60,125 bases of DNA from Candidatus Hydrothermarchaeota archaeon. Its GTDB lineage: Archaea > Hydrothermarchaeota > Hydrothermarchaeia > Hydrothermarchaeales > BMS3B. The notes below the pieces were generated by a model, which was given only the letters and a program-made list of their open reading frames with translations, did no database searches and was not told where the DNA came from. The stretch spans positions 1-60,125 of the forward strand of contig WANX01000078.1 in assembly GCA_015521565.1 (NCBI GenBank), given 5' to 3'. Made by a program: the position numbers and the translations under genes. This document shows positions 1 through 9,383 of this stretch, one piece after another. Every line of letters starts with the position of its first letter. Position 1 is the stretch's first letter.

Positions 1-1882
1 CAAACCTCGCAACGTCATACCCTACCTGTATGGTTTCGTTAGTAGCATTTATCAGTGCATAATCCACACTCCAGATGCCAGACTCAGACCGGATCAAATA
101 ACTCGCATAAACTGTTTTTGTTTCTCCAGGAGCAATGGCAACGGAGACGGAGAAGTTGCTCACAATGTTCTTATTTGGGTCTATGATGCTGAAGACTACC
201 TTGGTTGCTGTGGAGTTTGCACGATTTGTTATGGTAACGCTGATGTTTGCGGTGTCGCCATGCCCATACTCGGGTATCTCCATTCCCTCGCTCTCTGCCA
301 CCGCCCAGGCGAGCAAATCCCTCACAAATGCCAAGCCGTCGCCGGTGCGCTGTCCGTGAGCGAAAGCCCAGTCTGTGTAGGCGGTGGTTGCAACAACCCA
401 GCCCTTGCCGTAGCGGTACATTATGCCGGCGGGCATTCCGTTGGCGGTGCGGCTGAAGAGTACCGTGGCATTCTCGGGCCAGGAGGTGAAGTAGCCGTCT
501 ATGTTTATGTCCATGAGCACAGAATCCTGCCCGGCAAGCACAGGATGGTAGGTGTCTATGTACACAGCCTTAGAGAAGCAGCTCTGATCTTCAAGCCAGC
601 CGTAGCCACTCACCTTCCCGCCAGGAAGAGCCTGGAACTCGTAGCCGTGCTGCTGGGCGAAGACTATGAGGATGCCGCCTTCAGCAACGAACTTCTCAAG
701 CTTGGCTTTGAAGATTTCATCGCTGTCCAGGCCGTAGAGACCGCCGGTTGGGATGATGAGCACCTTTGAGTTAAAGGGTTTATCCGAAACCGCGGGGAAG
801 TTTGAGAACTCTAAGTAGTCCACAAGTCTGTCGGCGTTGCCGTAGAAACCTCTGGTCAGGATTGCCGCATCCGTAGCTCTTACGTGGTCGTCGAGAACCA
901 CCTCAGCAACGGCGTTGAACTCGTCCAGCTTGCTGAAGTAGGTGCTCAGGAGGGAGTTCAACTCATTCCGCTGAGCAGAAGTAAGGCTGGCCATGAAGAG
1001 CTCCACATCCTGCCTGGACCTGAAATCAGGGAACTCAGCCGTGCCCGCGAATTCAACCACCTTCTGCTGAACCGCCAGTGCTGCTTTGTAGGACTCGTTT
1101 GCCTTGAGCTGGAGAAGCTCCAAGTGCTGCTCGTAGTCTGGGTTGAACTCCCGCACTTTCTGATAGAACGCGTCTATCTGCCTGTCGCAACTGGAGTCGT
1201 TCTTTAGCGCGCCCAGCAGGGTTATGAGGAAGGAGTCCATTACAGCGTTGTATTCTGTGAGCCAGAACCTGTACTCAGGGTCATCACGCCAGGGATAGAA
1301 TATCGCACGTGCTCCGGAATCGGTGGTCTCATCGGGATGATCTCCTCCAGGCCCGGTTATCCCCGGGTCACCTGTGCACACCGTCTGATTCCTGTCCACA
1401 TAGCAACGCTCAACCCTCGGATAACCCTCAGGGTCATCCGGATAGCTCTTGTAGTTCTTGTAGTACTCATAGCCACCCGAGAGGGCAATCGCTATGGGTA
1501 TGCGTTTGGCAGCGCCTTTTCCAAGCGTTAGGGCATTTGTGGAGATGAAAACACCCCAAGCCGCGAGGGTGTTGTCTTGTTTAGTTTTTAAAAAATCATA
1601 CCCTCTACTTCCAGCTTCAGCAGCTCCTTCAAACAAACTTGGATCAACGTCAGGTTTAAAATATCTGACAATTTTACCCACTATTTTAGCTCCATAGCCT
1701 GTGAGAAGAGCCTCAGACCAGATAGCTAAGTGCTTCCAGCCGCTTTTCCCGTAGGTGAGCTTGTCAATTATGGAAGCATCTTCCGTTGAATTTGCTGCTG
1801 TGGAATTAGCCTGTGCATAAACCTGAGGTGTATAAATTGCTGCACACAAAATCGCGATTGTTAAAATTAATGAAAACCTCAC
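1..1882 (-). CDS. secreted protein, C-terminus outside window; helical N-terminal region, then GATase1/ThuA-like module and CARDB-like Ig module (family tentative); paralog of 26596..27882
   Basis: Not on the ORF track because no stop lies in the window. My reverse-strand translation from GTG 1882 (GTGA overlap with the upstream stop at 1879-1881) gives signal peptide VRFSLILTIAILCAAIYTPQVYA, then an open frame to position 1. The segment KVLIIPTGGLYGL..GGILIVFAQQHGYEFQALPGGKVSGYGW..YGKGWVVATTAYTDWAF aligns with the 26596..27882 product. Confidence 0.75.
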   Translation of the reverse strand, partial: MRFSLILTIAILCAAIYTPQVYAQANSTAANSTEDASIIDKLTYGKSGWKHLAIWSEALLTGYGAKIVGKIVRYFKPDVDPSLFEGAAEAGSRGYDFLKTKQDNTLAAWGVFISTNALTLGKGAAKRIPIAIALSGGYEYYKNYKSYPDDPEGYPRVERCYVDRNQTVCTGDPGITGPGGDHPDETTDSGARAIFYPWRDDPEYRFWLTEYNAVMDSFLITLLGALKNDSSCDRQIDAFYQKVREFNPDYEQHLELLQLKANESYKAALAVQQKVVEFAGTAEFPDFRSRQDVELFMASLTSAQRNELNSLLSTYFSKLDEFNAVAEVVLDDHVRATDAAILTRGFYGNADRLVDYLEFSNFPAVSDKPFNSKVLIIPTGGLYGLDSDEIFKAKLEKFVAEGGILIVFAQQHGYEFQALPGGKVSGYGWLEDQSCFSKAVYIDTYHPVLAGQDSVLMDINIDGYFTSWPENATVLFSRTANGMPAGIMYRYGKGWVVATTAYTDWAFAHGQRTGDGLAFVRDLLAWAVAESEGMEIPEYGHGDTANISVTITNRANSTATKVVFSIIDPNKNIVSNFSVSVAIAPGETKTVYASYLIRSESGIWSVDYALINATNETIQVGYDVARF

Positions 1883-2340
1883 TTCTTCCCACCTCCATAG
1901 AATTTTTTGATGGATTTATATACGGTGATTCCAGTTATTAGCCCTATAAATGCCCCGATGTAAAATCCTGGAGATTCCCATTTTTGAAGCCAAGGAACAC
2001 GAGTAGGATCAAGTTCCCAGCCACTATACCACTCATATATATGCCCCGTTATAATCCATAAACAAATCCCAGCCAAGATGGCTGTAACTCTTGAATATTC
2101 TTCCAAATCTCTTTTCATAAAAAATATTGCTAATAAAATTGATGAGAGAATAAAATATATGAAAAAAACTATAGCTCCTAGATAAAATTCAAACTTATAT
2201 ATAATTGTTAATCCACCTATCAAGATTGAAGTGAACATTGACAATCGTATAACATCTGTAGCTTTCAGTTCTCTCCTCTTTGCTCTCTCAACAAACTCCC
2301 TCAACTCTTTGATATCTTCTTCAAAGACCGTTTGCATCAC
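1879..2340 (-). CDS. small integral membrane protein (about 4 TM), hypothetical
   Basis: 153-aa ORF with hydrophobic stretches (ILIGGLTIIYKFEFYLGAIVFFIYFILSSILLAIFF; ILAGICLWIITG; FYIGAFIGLITGITV). RBS-like GGAGGTG lies just upstream. Visibly AT-rich compared with its neighbours. Confidence 0.6.
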   Translation of the reverse strand: MMQTVFEEDIKELREFVERAKRRELKATDVIRLSMFTSILIGGLTIIYKFEFYLGAIVFFIYFILSSILLAIFFMKRDLEEYSRVTAILAGICLWIITGHIYEWYSGWELDPTRVPWLQKWESPGFYIGAFIGLITGITVYKSIKKFYGGGKK

Positions 2341-2688
2341 CTCCGGGGTAATTCCCCCTCACCTTCTCGAGCATCTCCTATAATTGCTGGTAGTATAAAA
2401 ATTTTTCGTCAACGTTACTGAAGGGCCTTTAGCGCTCATATCTGTACCCTACCACTGCAAACCTCTCCGCCACACTAAATTTCGAGTTTCCCGGACAAGA
2501 AACCCATGGAGGAAGCGCATTCTGGATGTGGCCTCCTGGAGCGGAGCGCCATCCAGAGCCTGCTGTGCTTTGCGGGTATACTGCGGAGGGCAATGGGCTA
2601 TTCCGCGAGCTTTGACAGAGGTGGAGGCTGGCAATACTTTAAAGAGGATGGAAGGAGTTATCTGCACTGTCGATAGGGCGAGGCTGCT

Positions 2689-3777
2689 ATGAGTGCGCGT
2701 GATGTAATAGCTGAGGAAATCAGAAAGCGGGGAGCAATACCCTTCAGGGACTTCATGGAGATTGCGCTTTACCATGAGCAATACGGCTACTACTGCTCTG
2801 CGCGGGAGAGGATAGGCAGGAGCGGAGACTACTACACTGCCAGCAACCTTTCGCCCTTCTTCGGGGCTATGCTTGCAAAGCAGTTTGAGGAGATGCGCTA
2901 CCTTCTCAATACCCGCGACTTCACCCTGGTGGAAGCCGGAGCCGGCACCGGCTTGCTCGCAAAAGATGTGCTCTCCTCCCTCCGCGGCGGAGTGCGCTAC
3001 TTTGCTGTGGAGCGCTCCCCTGCGATGCGCCGCAGGCTGGCGGAGCTCGGGGTGGAGGTGGTCAGTTCGCTGCGGGAGCTTGGCAGGATTGAGGGGTGCA
3101 TCTTCTCCAACGAGCTGGTGGACGCTTTCCCTGTGCATCTTGTTGAGGTGCGCGACGGTAAGCTGCAGGAGGTGTACGTTACCCTTGAGGAAGGCAGATT
3201 CAGGGAAGTGCTGTTTCCCGCCGGCAGGGAGCTTAGAAACTACTTCCGTAAACTTGGTGTTGAGCTACCCGAGGGCTTCCGCACAGAGGTTAATCTCGAC
3301 GCTGTTCGCTGGCTGGGTGAAGTTTCACGGGTGCTTGAACGGGGATTTCTTCTTACCATAGACTATGGCTACCCGAGCGACGAACTCTACGCGTACTATA
3401 GAAGCGCCGGCACACTCATGTGCTACCACCGGCACCGTGCTCATGATGACCCCTACGTCAACGTTGGAGAGCAGGATATCACATCGCATGTGAACTTTTC
3501 GGCGCTGGCGCATTTTGGCGAAAGCTTCAAAATCAGGGTTGCTGGATTCACCGACCTGGCAGGCTTTCTGCTCAGCCTTGGTCTGGAGCAGGAGATGCTC
3601 CGGATAAAGAAGGAGAAGGGTGAAGAAGCGTACCTGCGCACTCTGCTGCCGCTTAAAAGGCTGATAATGCCCGGAAGCATGGGTGAGGTCTTCAAGGTCC
3701 TGGTGCAGTACAAGGGCATACAAAAGCCTCGCCTGTCCTGCTTTAAGCTGAAGGTCTTCAAGAGGTGGAAGCTGTAG
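2689..3777 (+). CDS. class I SAM-dependent methyltransferase, MidA/NDUFAF7 (DUF185) family
   Basis: N-terminus IPFRDFMEIALYHEQYGYY and the SAM-binding motif LVEAGAGTGLLAKDVL are typical of the family. 362 aa. Confidence 0.8.
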   Translation: MSARDVIAEEIRKRGAIPFRDFMEIALYHEQYGYYCSARERIGRSGDYYTASNLSPFFGAMLAKQFEEMRYLLNTRDFTLVEAGAGTGLLAKDVLSSLRGGVRYFAVERSPAMRRRLAELGVEVVSSLRELGRIEGCIFSNELVDAFPVHLVEVRDGKLQEVYVTLEEGRFREVLFPAGRELRNYFRKLGVELPEGFRTEVNLDAVRWLGEVSRVLERGFLLTIDYGYPSDELYAYYRSAGTLMCYHRHRAHDDPYVNVGEQDITSHVNFSALAHFGESFKIRVAGFTDLAGFLLSLGLEQEMLRIKKEKGEEAYLRTLLPLKRLIMPGSMGEVFKVLVQYKGIQKPRLSCFKLKVFKRWKL

Positions 3778-3889
3778 AAGAGCCGCAAATTTTCAGCCGC
3801 GGGCGGCATGCTGCGGAGAGGCTGACCTGCCCCCGGAAGCGGATAAATTTTAGTATCCGCTGTACAATAATTGAAGCAGGTGTTGAGCG

Positions 3890-4807
3890 GTGAAAATCCT
3901 GATTTTCGGCGCAGGTGCCCTGGGCTCGGTCTTCGGCGGCTTCCTCTCACGGGAGCACGAAGTAACACTTATTGGCAGGGAGCCCCACATGCGGGCGATT
4001 GCTAGGCGAGGACTGCGCATCTCCGGCATATGGGGGGAGCATACCTTCACCCGCCTGCGCGCGCTAACCTCGGTGGAGCAGCTTCCTGAGAAGCGCTTTG
4101 ATTTGGTTATGATCACCACAAAATCCTACGACACCGCCACGGCGGTAAGAGAAGTTGCCCCATTTGCCGGCGACGGCGTGTTGTCGATGCAGAACGGGAT
4201 AGGTAACGAAGAAACTATCGCCAGCGTTGTTGGCGAAGAGCGTACTCTTGGAGGGATGGCAATATTCGGTGCCCGTCTATTAGAGCCGGGAAGTGTTGAA
4301 GTCACCGTTTATGCCAGCGAGTGCCTTGTGGGAGAGCTCAGTGGCGGGCTCAGCCAGAGGGCTCGTGAAATTGCTGCACACTTCACCGGCGCTGGAATTC
4401 CAACAAAGCCCAGCGAAGACATAATCAGGGACAAGTGGCTTAAAGCCTTCTACAACATCGCCCTGAATCCCCTGTCCGCCATTCTTCGGGTGCCCTACGG
4501 CAAACTTGGAGAACTGGAGGAGACCCGCAGGTTAATGCGTGAGATGCTTAAAGAAGCCTTCGCAGTTGCCGGAGCGAAGGGTATTCGCATTGGATACACC
4601 TGGGAAGAGTACTTCCGCCATCTGCTTGAGAACCTGCTCCCTCCGACAGCCAGGCACATAAGTTCAATGCTCCAGGATATCGAGCGAGGTAAGAGGACGG
4701 AGATAGACTACATGAACGGCGCCATTGTAAAGCTGGGAAGGGAGCTGGGCATTGCCACGCCCGTAAATGAAACAATAACTGCGATAGTCAGGGCCCTCGA
4801 GAGGTGA
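3890..4807 (+). CDS. panE: 2-dehydropantoate 2-reductase (ketopantoate reductase)
   Basis: GTG start. N-terminal Rossmann motif MKILIFGAGALGSVFGG, followed by an ApbA/PanE-like C-terminal domain (DKWLKAFYNIALNPLSAIL, EIDYMNGAIV). Confidence 0.8.
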   Translation: MKILIFGAGALGSVFGGFLSREHEVTLIGREPHMRAIARRGLRISGIWGEHTFTRLRALTSVEQLPEKRFDLVMITTKSYDTATAVREVAPFAGDGVLSMQNGIGNEETIASVVGEERTLGGMAIFGARLLEPGSVEVTVYASECLVGELSGGLSQRAREIAAHFTGAGIPTKPSEDIIRDKWLKAFYNIALNPLSAILRVPYGKLGELEETRRLMREMLKEAFAVAGAKGIRIGYTWEEYFRHLLENLLPPTARHISSMLQDIERGKRTEIDYMNGAIVKLGRELGIATPVNETITAIVRALER

Positions 4808-4902
4808 CATTTTTTCCAGCAACTATTTTCCATGTGAATTTTTACCTTCTGGAGAAAAAGAGGTTTCCTTCCCGTGGGGGGAGACTTCTTTTTAAAGGAG
4901 AT

Positions 4903-5088
4903 GTGCAGTTGTCTGAGATAAGATGTCCATCTTGCGGTACTCTTTGTTCACACACCTCGGTGGTTGGCACAACCCGGGTTTACAAACACGGCAAGGCCAC
5001 ATTCTATCAGGTGGTCAGCTGCGACTGCGGCAGAATCTTCAGGGGCGCGAGCGTGCCGCCTCCGAACAAAGGGTACAGGAAAAAGTAA
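4903..5088 (+). CDS. small zinc-ribbon protein (CPSCG...CDCG)
   Basis: Track ORF is 4804..5088. The N-terminal 33 aa look non-coding. GTG 4903 follows AAAGGAG (4894-4900). There are two Cys pairs. The start is uncertain. Confidence 0.45.
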   Translation: MQLSEIRCPSCGTLCSHTSVVGTTRVYKHGKATFYQVVSCDCGRIFRGASVPPPNKGYRKK

Positions 5089-5103
5089 AGGAGAGATGTA
5101 AAA

Positions 5104-5268
5104 ATGGAAGACAAGACCTTAGTTTGCGTCGATTGCGGTGAGGAGTTTATCTTCACCGTGGGTGAGCAGGAGTTCTTCGCGGAGAAGGGGTTCGCTGATC
5201 CCAAGCGATGCAAACCATGTCGTGATAAGAAAAAGGCGGAAAGAAGGAGCAGGGGTTACAGGTTCTGA
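5104..5268 (+). CDS. small zinc-ribbon domain protein, 54 aa (below track cutoff)
   Basis: My translation is MEDKTLVCVDCGEEFIFTVGEQEFFAEKGFADPKRCKPCRDKKKAERRSRGYRF. The pattern CxxCG..F.F...EQ.F....GF..P.RC..CR matches the 'probable zinc-ribbon' family. AAGGAGAG RBS lies about 10 nt upstream. Confidence 0.65.
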   Translation: MEDKTLVCVDCGEEFIFTVGEQEFFAEKGFADPKRCKPCRDKKKAERRSRGYRF

Positions 5269-5284
5269 GAAGCTTGTGCTTACA

Positions 5285-5327
5285 GGCGCCTGCATAGCGC
5301 CCACTCTTTAATTTTTTGTAATTTTTA
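5285..5327 (+). terminator. hairpin GGCGC-N7-GCGCC followed by T tracts
   Basis: ggcgcctgcatagcgcc is followed by tttttt (5312-5317) and ttttt (5323-5327), directly after the 5104..5268 ORF. Archaeal termination commonly occurs at oligo-T. Confidence 0.4.
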
Positions 5328-5398
5328 TTTTAGCATCTATCCGGCAGATTCATCTTTTAACAGAAAATAAGTTATACTAAAACAGCAGACTAATCTGC

Positions 5399-6049
5399 AT
5401 GACCTACGACCTCCATATGCACTCCACCTTCAGCGACGGAGAGCTTATACCGGCGGAGATAGCACGCCGCTACGCCGGGAAGGGTTTTAAGGCAGTGGCC
5501 ATAACCGACCACGCCGACAGCTCAAACCTGGAGTTTATACTGCGCTGCCTGCGGGGCATTGAGAAGGAGCTTGAGGGGCACGGAATAGAGGTGGTGCCCG
5601 GAATAGAGCTCACCCACCTTCCGCCGGAGAAGATTCCTACGCTCGCGGCCAGGGCGAAGAAGCTGGGCGCACGCGTGGTGGTGGTGCACGGCGAGAGCAT
5701 CGCTGAGCCTGTGGCGAGGGGCACAAACCTCGCAGCTGTAACCTGCGAGCATGTGGACATCCTCGCACATCCCGGGTTTATAACCCTGGAGGAGGCGGAG
5801 CTTGCGAGAGAGCAGGGCGTTTTTCTGGAGCTGACGTCTCGAAGGGGGCACTGCCTGACCAACGGCCATGTTGCAAGGGTGGCACAGGAGGCAAAGGCCG
5901 AGCTTATTGTGTGCACCGACGCCCACTCGCCGGAGGATATTATCACCCCGGAAGAGCTAATGGAAATCGTGCGCGGTGCCGGGATAAGCAAAAAGTATTC
6001 AGAAATTATTACCAGTGTTAACCCCAAGAGATTATTAGGTCGCCTGTAG
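5399..6049 (+). CDS. PHP-domain (histidinol-phosphatase-like) metal-dependent phosphoesterase
   Basis: DLHMHSTFSDG at the N-terminus, then ITDHA, VVHGE and DAHSPEDI His/Asp motifs typical of the PHP fold. Confidence 0.75.
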   Translation: MTYDLHMHSTFSDGELIPAEIARRYAGKGFKAVAITDHADSSNLEFILRCLRGIEKELEGHGIEVVPGIELTHLPPEKIPTLAARAKKLGARVVVVHGESIAEPVARGTNLAAVTCEHVDILAHPGFITLEEAELAREQGVFLELTSRRGHCLTNGHVARVAQEAKAELIVCTDAHSPEDIITPEELMEIVRGAGISKKYSEIITSVNPKRLLGRL

Positions 6050-6079
6050 TTTTAAATTTTATGCCCGGAGGAGTGCTCT

Positions 6080-6367
6080 TTGAGGATGCTGGGGACGTTC
6101 AGCCATGCAAGCAAGAGTGGAACGCTTCTTTTTCGTGGAAAGGATTTCCCTTCTCTTTATACTGATGTTTTTACAAAAAATGGTGCAAAAGTTGGTAAGG
6201 TAGTTGATATAATCGGTCCCGTCTCAAAGCCCTACTTTGTGGTAAAGCCGGAGGAGGGGGCTTTTGAGAAAGCGCTTCGTGCTGCGAAGAGCGGGGGGTT
6301 ATTTGTGCTATCAAAGAAAGAGGAGAGGAGGAGGTTCCTTGGAAAGAAGGGTAGAGTACGTGGATGA
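6080..6367 (+). CDS. gar1: H/ACA RNP component Gar1
   Basis: [19 protein letters not shown] motif and a basic tail. Sits immediately upstream of tfb, a common archaeal linkage. Start is TTG 6080 or ATG 6086. Confidence 0.7.
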   Translation: MRMLGTFSHASKSGTLLFRGKDFPSLYTDVFTKNGAKVGKVVDIIGPVSKPYFVVKPEEGAFEKALRAAKSGGLFVLSKKEERRRFLGKKGRVRG

Positions 6368-7262
6368 GTGCCCCGAGTGCGGGAGCACGAGCTTAATGCG
6401 CGATTATGAGCGCGCTGAGATTGTGTGCAACGGCTGTGGCCTGGTGATAGACCAGGACCTGCTGGACGAGGGTCCCGAGTGGCGTGCCTTCGACCACGAG
6501 CAGGCGGTGAGGCGCACCCGCACTGGAGCGCCGCTCACCTACACCATCCATGACAAAGGGCTGAGCACAATTATTGACTGGCGCAACAAGGACAGCTACG
6601 GAAAGGAGCTTTCAGCGAGCAAGCGCGCCCAGCTTTACCGCCTGCGCAAGTGGCAGCAGCGCATCCGCGTGGGCAATGCCATGGAGCGCAACCTGGCGAT
6701 TGCGCTTACAGAGCTGGAGCGCATATCCTCGCGCCTTGGCCTGCCGAAGAATGTGCGCGAGGCGGCGGCGGTGCTCTACCGCAGGGCTGTGGAGAAGGGC
6801 CTTATACGGGGGCGCAGCATAGAGGGCGTCACAGCTGCGGCCATCTACGCCGCCTGCCGGCAGTGCGGCGTACCTCGAACCCTGGATGAGATCGCCGACG
6901 CTGCCAAGCTGAACCGCAAGGAGATTGGCAGGACCTACCGCTTCGTGGCTCGCGAACTTGGGCTGAGCCTGCGCCCCACCACGCCGGTGGATTACATCGA
7001 GCGCTTCGGCACCGCCCTGGGGCTGAGCGGCGAGGTTAGGAGCAAGGCGAGGGAGATTCTGAAGAAGGCCATGGACAGGGAGCTCACCTCCGGACGGGGC
7101 CCAACCGGCGTGAGCGCGGCGGCGCTCTACATAGCGAGTGTTCTGCTGGGCGAGCGCAGGACGCAGCGCGAGGTTGCAGAGGTGGCGGGCGTCACAGAGG
7201 TAACCATACGCAACCGCTACAAGGAGCTGGCTGAGAAGCTTGACATAGAGATAACCATTTAA
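6339..7262 (+). CDS. tfb: transcription initiation factor IIB (TFB)
   Basis: Zn ribbon CPECGS..CNGCG, B-finger, and two cyclin repeats ending in [13 protein letters not shown]. The track ATG 6264 adds an implausible basic leader. TTG 6339 lies 5-6 nt after GGAGGAGG. GTG 6360 is an alternative start. Confidence 0.9.
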   Translation: MERRVEYVDECPECGSTSLMRDYERAEIVCNGCGLVIDQDLLDEGPEWRAFDHEQAVRRTRTGAPLTYTIHDKGLSTIIDWRNKDSYGKELSASKRAQLYRLRKWQQRIRVGNAMERNLAIALTELERISSRLGLPKNVREAAAVLYRRAVEKGLIRGRSIEGVTAAAIYAACRQCGVPRTLDEIADAAKLNRKEIGRTYRFVARELGLSLRPTTPVDYIERFGTALGLSGEVRSKAREILKKAMDRELTSGRGPTGVSAAALYIASVLLGERRTQREVAEVAGVTEVTIRNRYKELAEKLDIEITI

Positions 7263-7263
7263 A

Positions 7264-7671
7264 GTGTATTTAGGTGACGTTAATCTTGTGCACACGAATA
7301 GGATGCTTGAGAGAGTGCTGGGAAACAAGTACCTTGTACGTGTGCGCCAGGGTGATGTGGGGGATGACGAGATAGGCTTTGCCCGGGAGCACCTCCGCGG
7401 GAGTGAGCTCTCCGCCATGGACGAGGTTATTGTGTACCCCTTCGGTGAGCTGAGACCCTACTTTCTGAGGCAGCGCCACTATGTGGTGGAGGTGGGCAGA
7501 AGCACCCACTACGGCTACAGGGATGCCCGCCGCGGTTATGCGCTGCTCTCTCCGGAGAGCATGGAGAGGCTTGAGCTGGAGAGCGAGGACAGCATAATCC
7601 TGGACCCGGTGACGCCGAAGCTGGAGCTGGGCGAGCTCCTGGAGAAGGTGAAGAGGTACCTCAGCCAGTAG
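7264..7671 (+). CDS. hypothetical protein
   Basis: 135-aa ORF with protein-like composition and no competing gene. Family not recognised. Start could be the ATG at MLERVLG. Confidence 0.45.
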   Translation: MYLGDVNLVHTNRMLERVLGNKYLVRVRQGDVGDDEIGFAREHLRGSELSAMDEVIVYPFGELRPYFLRQRHYVVEVGRSTHYGYRDARRGYALLSPESMERLELESEDSIILDPVTPKLELGELLEKVKRYLSQ

Positions 7672-8100
7672 CTACTCTCCCAGCAGCTGCACCACCACCC
7701 GGCGATGCCTTCTGCGGGTGTCGAAGTTTATCACCACTATCTGCTGCCAGGTGCCCAGCACGAGCTTTCCGCTGGAGAAGGGCACCGCAAGGCTGGGGCC
7801 GAGAAGCGCGGCTCTGACGTGCGCCGCACCGTTGTCGTCGCCCCAGGTGAGGTGGTGCTGGTAGCTCTCGCTTCGCGGCGCCACGCGCTCAAGAGCGCGG
7901 GGGATGTCCTTCTTAAGCCCGGGCTCAAACTCCATGGTGGTGACCGCGCCGGTGGAGCCCACGTTGAAGACCACGGCGATGCCCTGCCTCATGCCGCTTT
8001 TCGCTATCAGCTCCTGCACCTTTCCGGTTATGTCTGCGAAGCCCTGCTCAGCCTCAAGCTCCACCTCCACCTCATAGCTCTCGACGCGCATGGTGAGCAC
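7672..8100 (-). CDS. yjbQ: YjbQ/UPF0047 family protein (secondary thiamine-phosphate synthase-like)
   Basis: ITGKVQELIAKSGMRQGIAVVFNVGSTGAVTTMEFEPG..HLTWGDDNGAAHVRAALLGPS..G.W Q.I motifs are characteristic of the family. Confidence 0.8.
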   Translation of the reverse strand: MLTMRVESYEVEVELEAEQGFADITGKVQELIAKSGMRQGIAVVFNVGSTGAVTTMEFEPGLKKDIPRALERVAPRSESYQHHLTWGDDNGAAHVRAALLGPSLAVPFSSGKLVLGTWQQIVVINFDTRRRHRRVVVQLLGE

Positions 8101-8101
8101 C

Positions 8102-9304
8102 CTACTTTTTTGTGACTATCTTAATTACGTCAAGGTGCCTGAGCGGCGCGTCGCTGGCGATTCTCCGCTTTGTGCGCGCGTCTATGGCGGCGATGAAGTT
8201 CTCGCCTATGTCGGTGTGGATCTTGTACGCCAGGTCGCGCGGGGTTGCTCCCGCGTCCAGCAGAAAGGCGTCCGGAAGCACGTTGCCCTCGCCGTCGCAG
8301 AACTTGTGCTCATCCTCCACGGGGAAAACCACTATTTTGCCCAGCACCTCGAGCACCGCGGTGTTGATTGCCTGCTGCACCCCCGTGGCTCCGTAGCGCT
8401 CAAGCACCTGCTTTTTTATTATCTCAAGCGCCTTCTTCTGCTTCTGGGAGAGGCTCTCCGGCCTGAGGACCTCAAAGCTGCCCTCTCCAGGCACGTAGCT
8501 TATGAGCCCCTCTTCTGCGAGGTTCCTGAGCATGAGCTCCGCCATCGCGCTGGTGGGAATGACCCTGGCGTGGGGAAACTCACGCTTCAGCCTTTTTATG
8601 TTCTCCTCAGCTACCCCAACGTCGGCCTTGTTCGCTGCTACGACTATCGGCTTTGCGAGGCGGCGGAGCGCCCTTGCAAAGGAGAACAGCTCCTCTTCGC
8701 TCCACTGCGCAGGCCTGGCTGAGCTGAGCCCCGTCTCCCTGAGCGCCGCCTTTACGTGCGCCTCGCGCACGCCGAGCCCCGCAAAGAGCTCCTGGAAGAG
8801 GCGCTCAAAGCTCTCGCCCGCGAGCTGCACCCTCCGGGAGAGCTTCTCCCAGTTCCGCTTAAATATCCCGAAGAACCAGAGCTCTATCTCCTCCTCTAAG
8901 AAGCGCACATCCCTGCAGGGGTCGTGCTCCCCCGGCTTGAGGGGGTTTCCCTCCTCGTCCGTAGCCCCGCTGGCGTCGACGATGTGAATCAGCGCCCCGG
9001 CCTGGCGCAGGTCGTCCAGGAACCTGTTCCCCAGGCCGCGCCCTTCATGCGCCTTTGGCACGAGCCCGGCGACGTCTATCATCTCCACCGGCACAAAGCG
9101 GTAGCCTGCAATGCTGAAGGAGTTGCGCGGATTCGGCTCAACCCCAAGCTCAGCCGCAGGCTCGGGCACGCGCACAAAGGCCACGCCCCGGTTGGCCTCG
9201 ACGGTGGTGAAGGGGTAGCTGGCTATCTCCACGCTGCTCAGCGTGGCTGCGCTGAAGAAGGTGCTCTTTCCCACGTTTGGCTTGCCCACTACGCCTATCT
9301 CCAT
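8102..9304 (-). CDS. ychF: Obg-like ATPase/GTPase, YchF/OLA1-DRG type with C-terminal TGS-like domain
   Basis: G1 [10 protein letters not shown]2 YPFTT, G3 DVAGLV, and NKAD G4. 400 aa. Confidence 0.85.
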   Translation of the reverse strand: MEIGVVGKPNVGKSTFFSAATLSSVEIASYPFTTVEANRGVAFVRVPEPAAELGVEPNPRNSFSIAGYRFVPVEMIDVAGLVPKAHEGRGLGNRFLDDLRQAGALIHIVDASGATDEEGNPLKPGEHDPCRDVRFLEEEIELWFFGIFKRNWEKLSRRVQLAGESFERLFQELFAGLGVREAHVKAALRETGLSSARPAQWSEEELFSFARALRRLAKPIVVAANKADVGVAEENIKRLKREFPHARVIPTSAMAELMLRNLAEEGLISYVPGEGSFEVLRPESLSQKQKKALEIIKKQVLERYGATGVQQAINTAVLEVLGKIVVFPVEDEHKFCDGEGNVLPDAFLLDAGATPRDLAYKIHTDIGENFIAAIDARTKRRIASDAPLRHLDVIKIVTKK

Positions 9305-9383
9305 GATTCTGGGTGGGTATTCCTCCTATTTAATACCTCCCCCGGGTAAGCTTTATCTGCGCACAAAAACAACCTCTTATTCG

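Noticed and set aside
2506-2676. 56-aa ORF in frame with the MidA-type methyltransferase, separated only by a TAG (2674-2676); considered as amber read-through or pyrrolysine
   Set aside because: The family N-terminus (IPFRDFME..LY...GYY) aligns with the ATG at 2689. The upstream peptide has no RBS and no family-like sequence. Nothing in the window indicates Pyl machinery.
9243-9383. 47-aa N-terminal extension of the membrane wHTH ORF
   Set aside because: It overlaps the ychF start on the other strand. ATG 9384 gives a canonical signal peptide.
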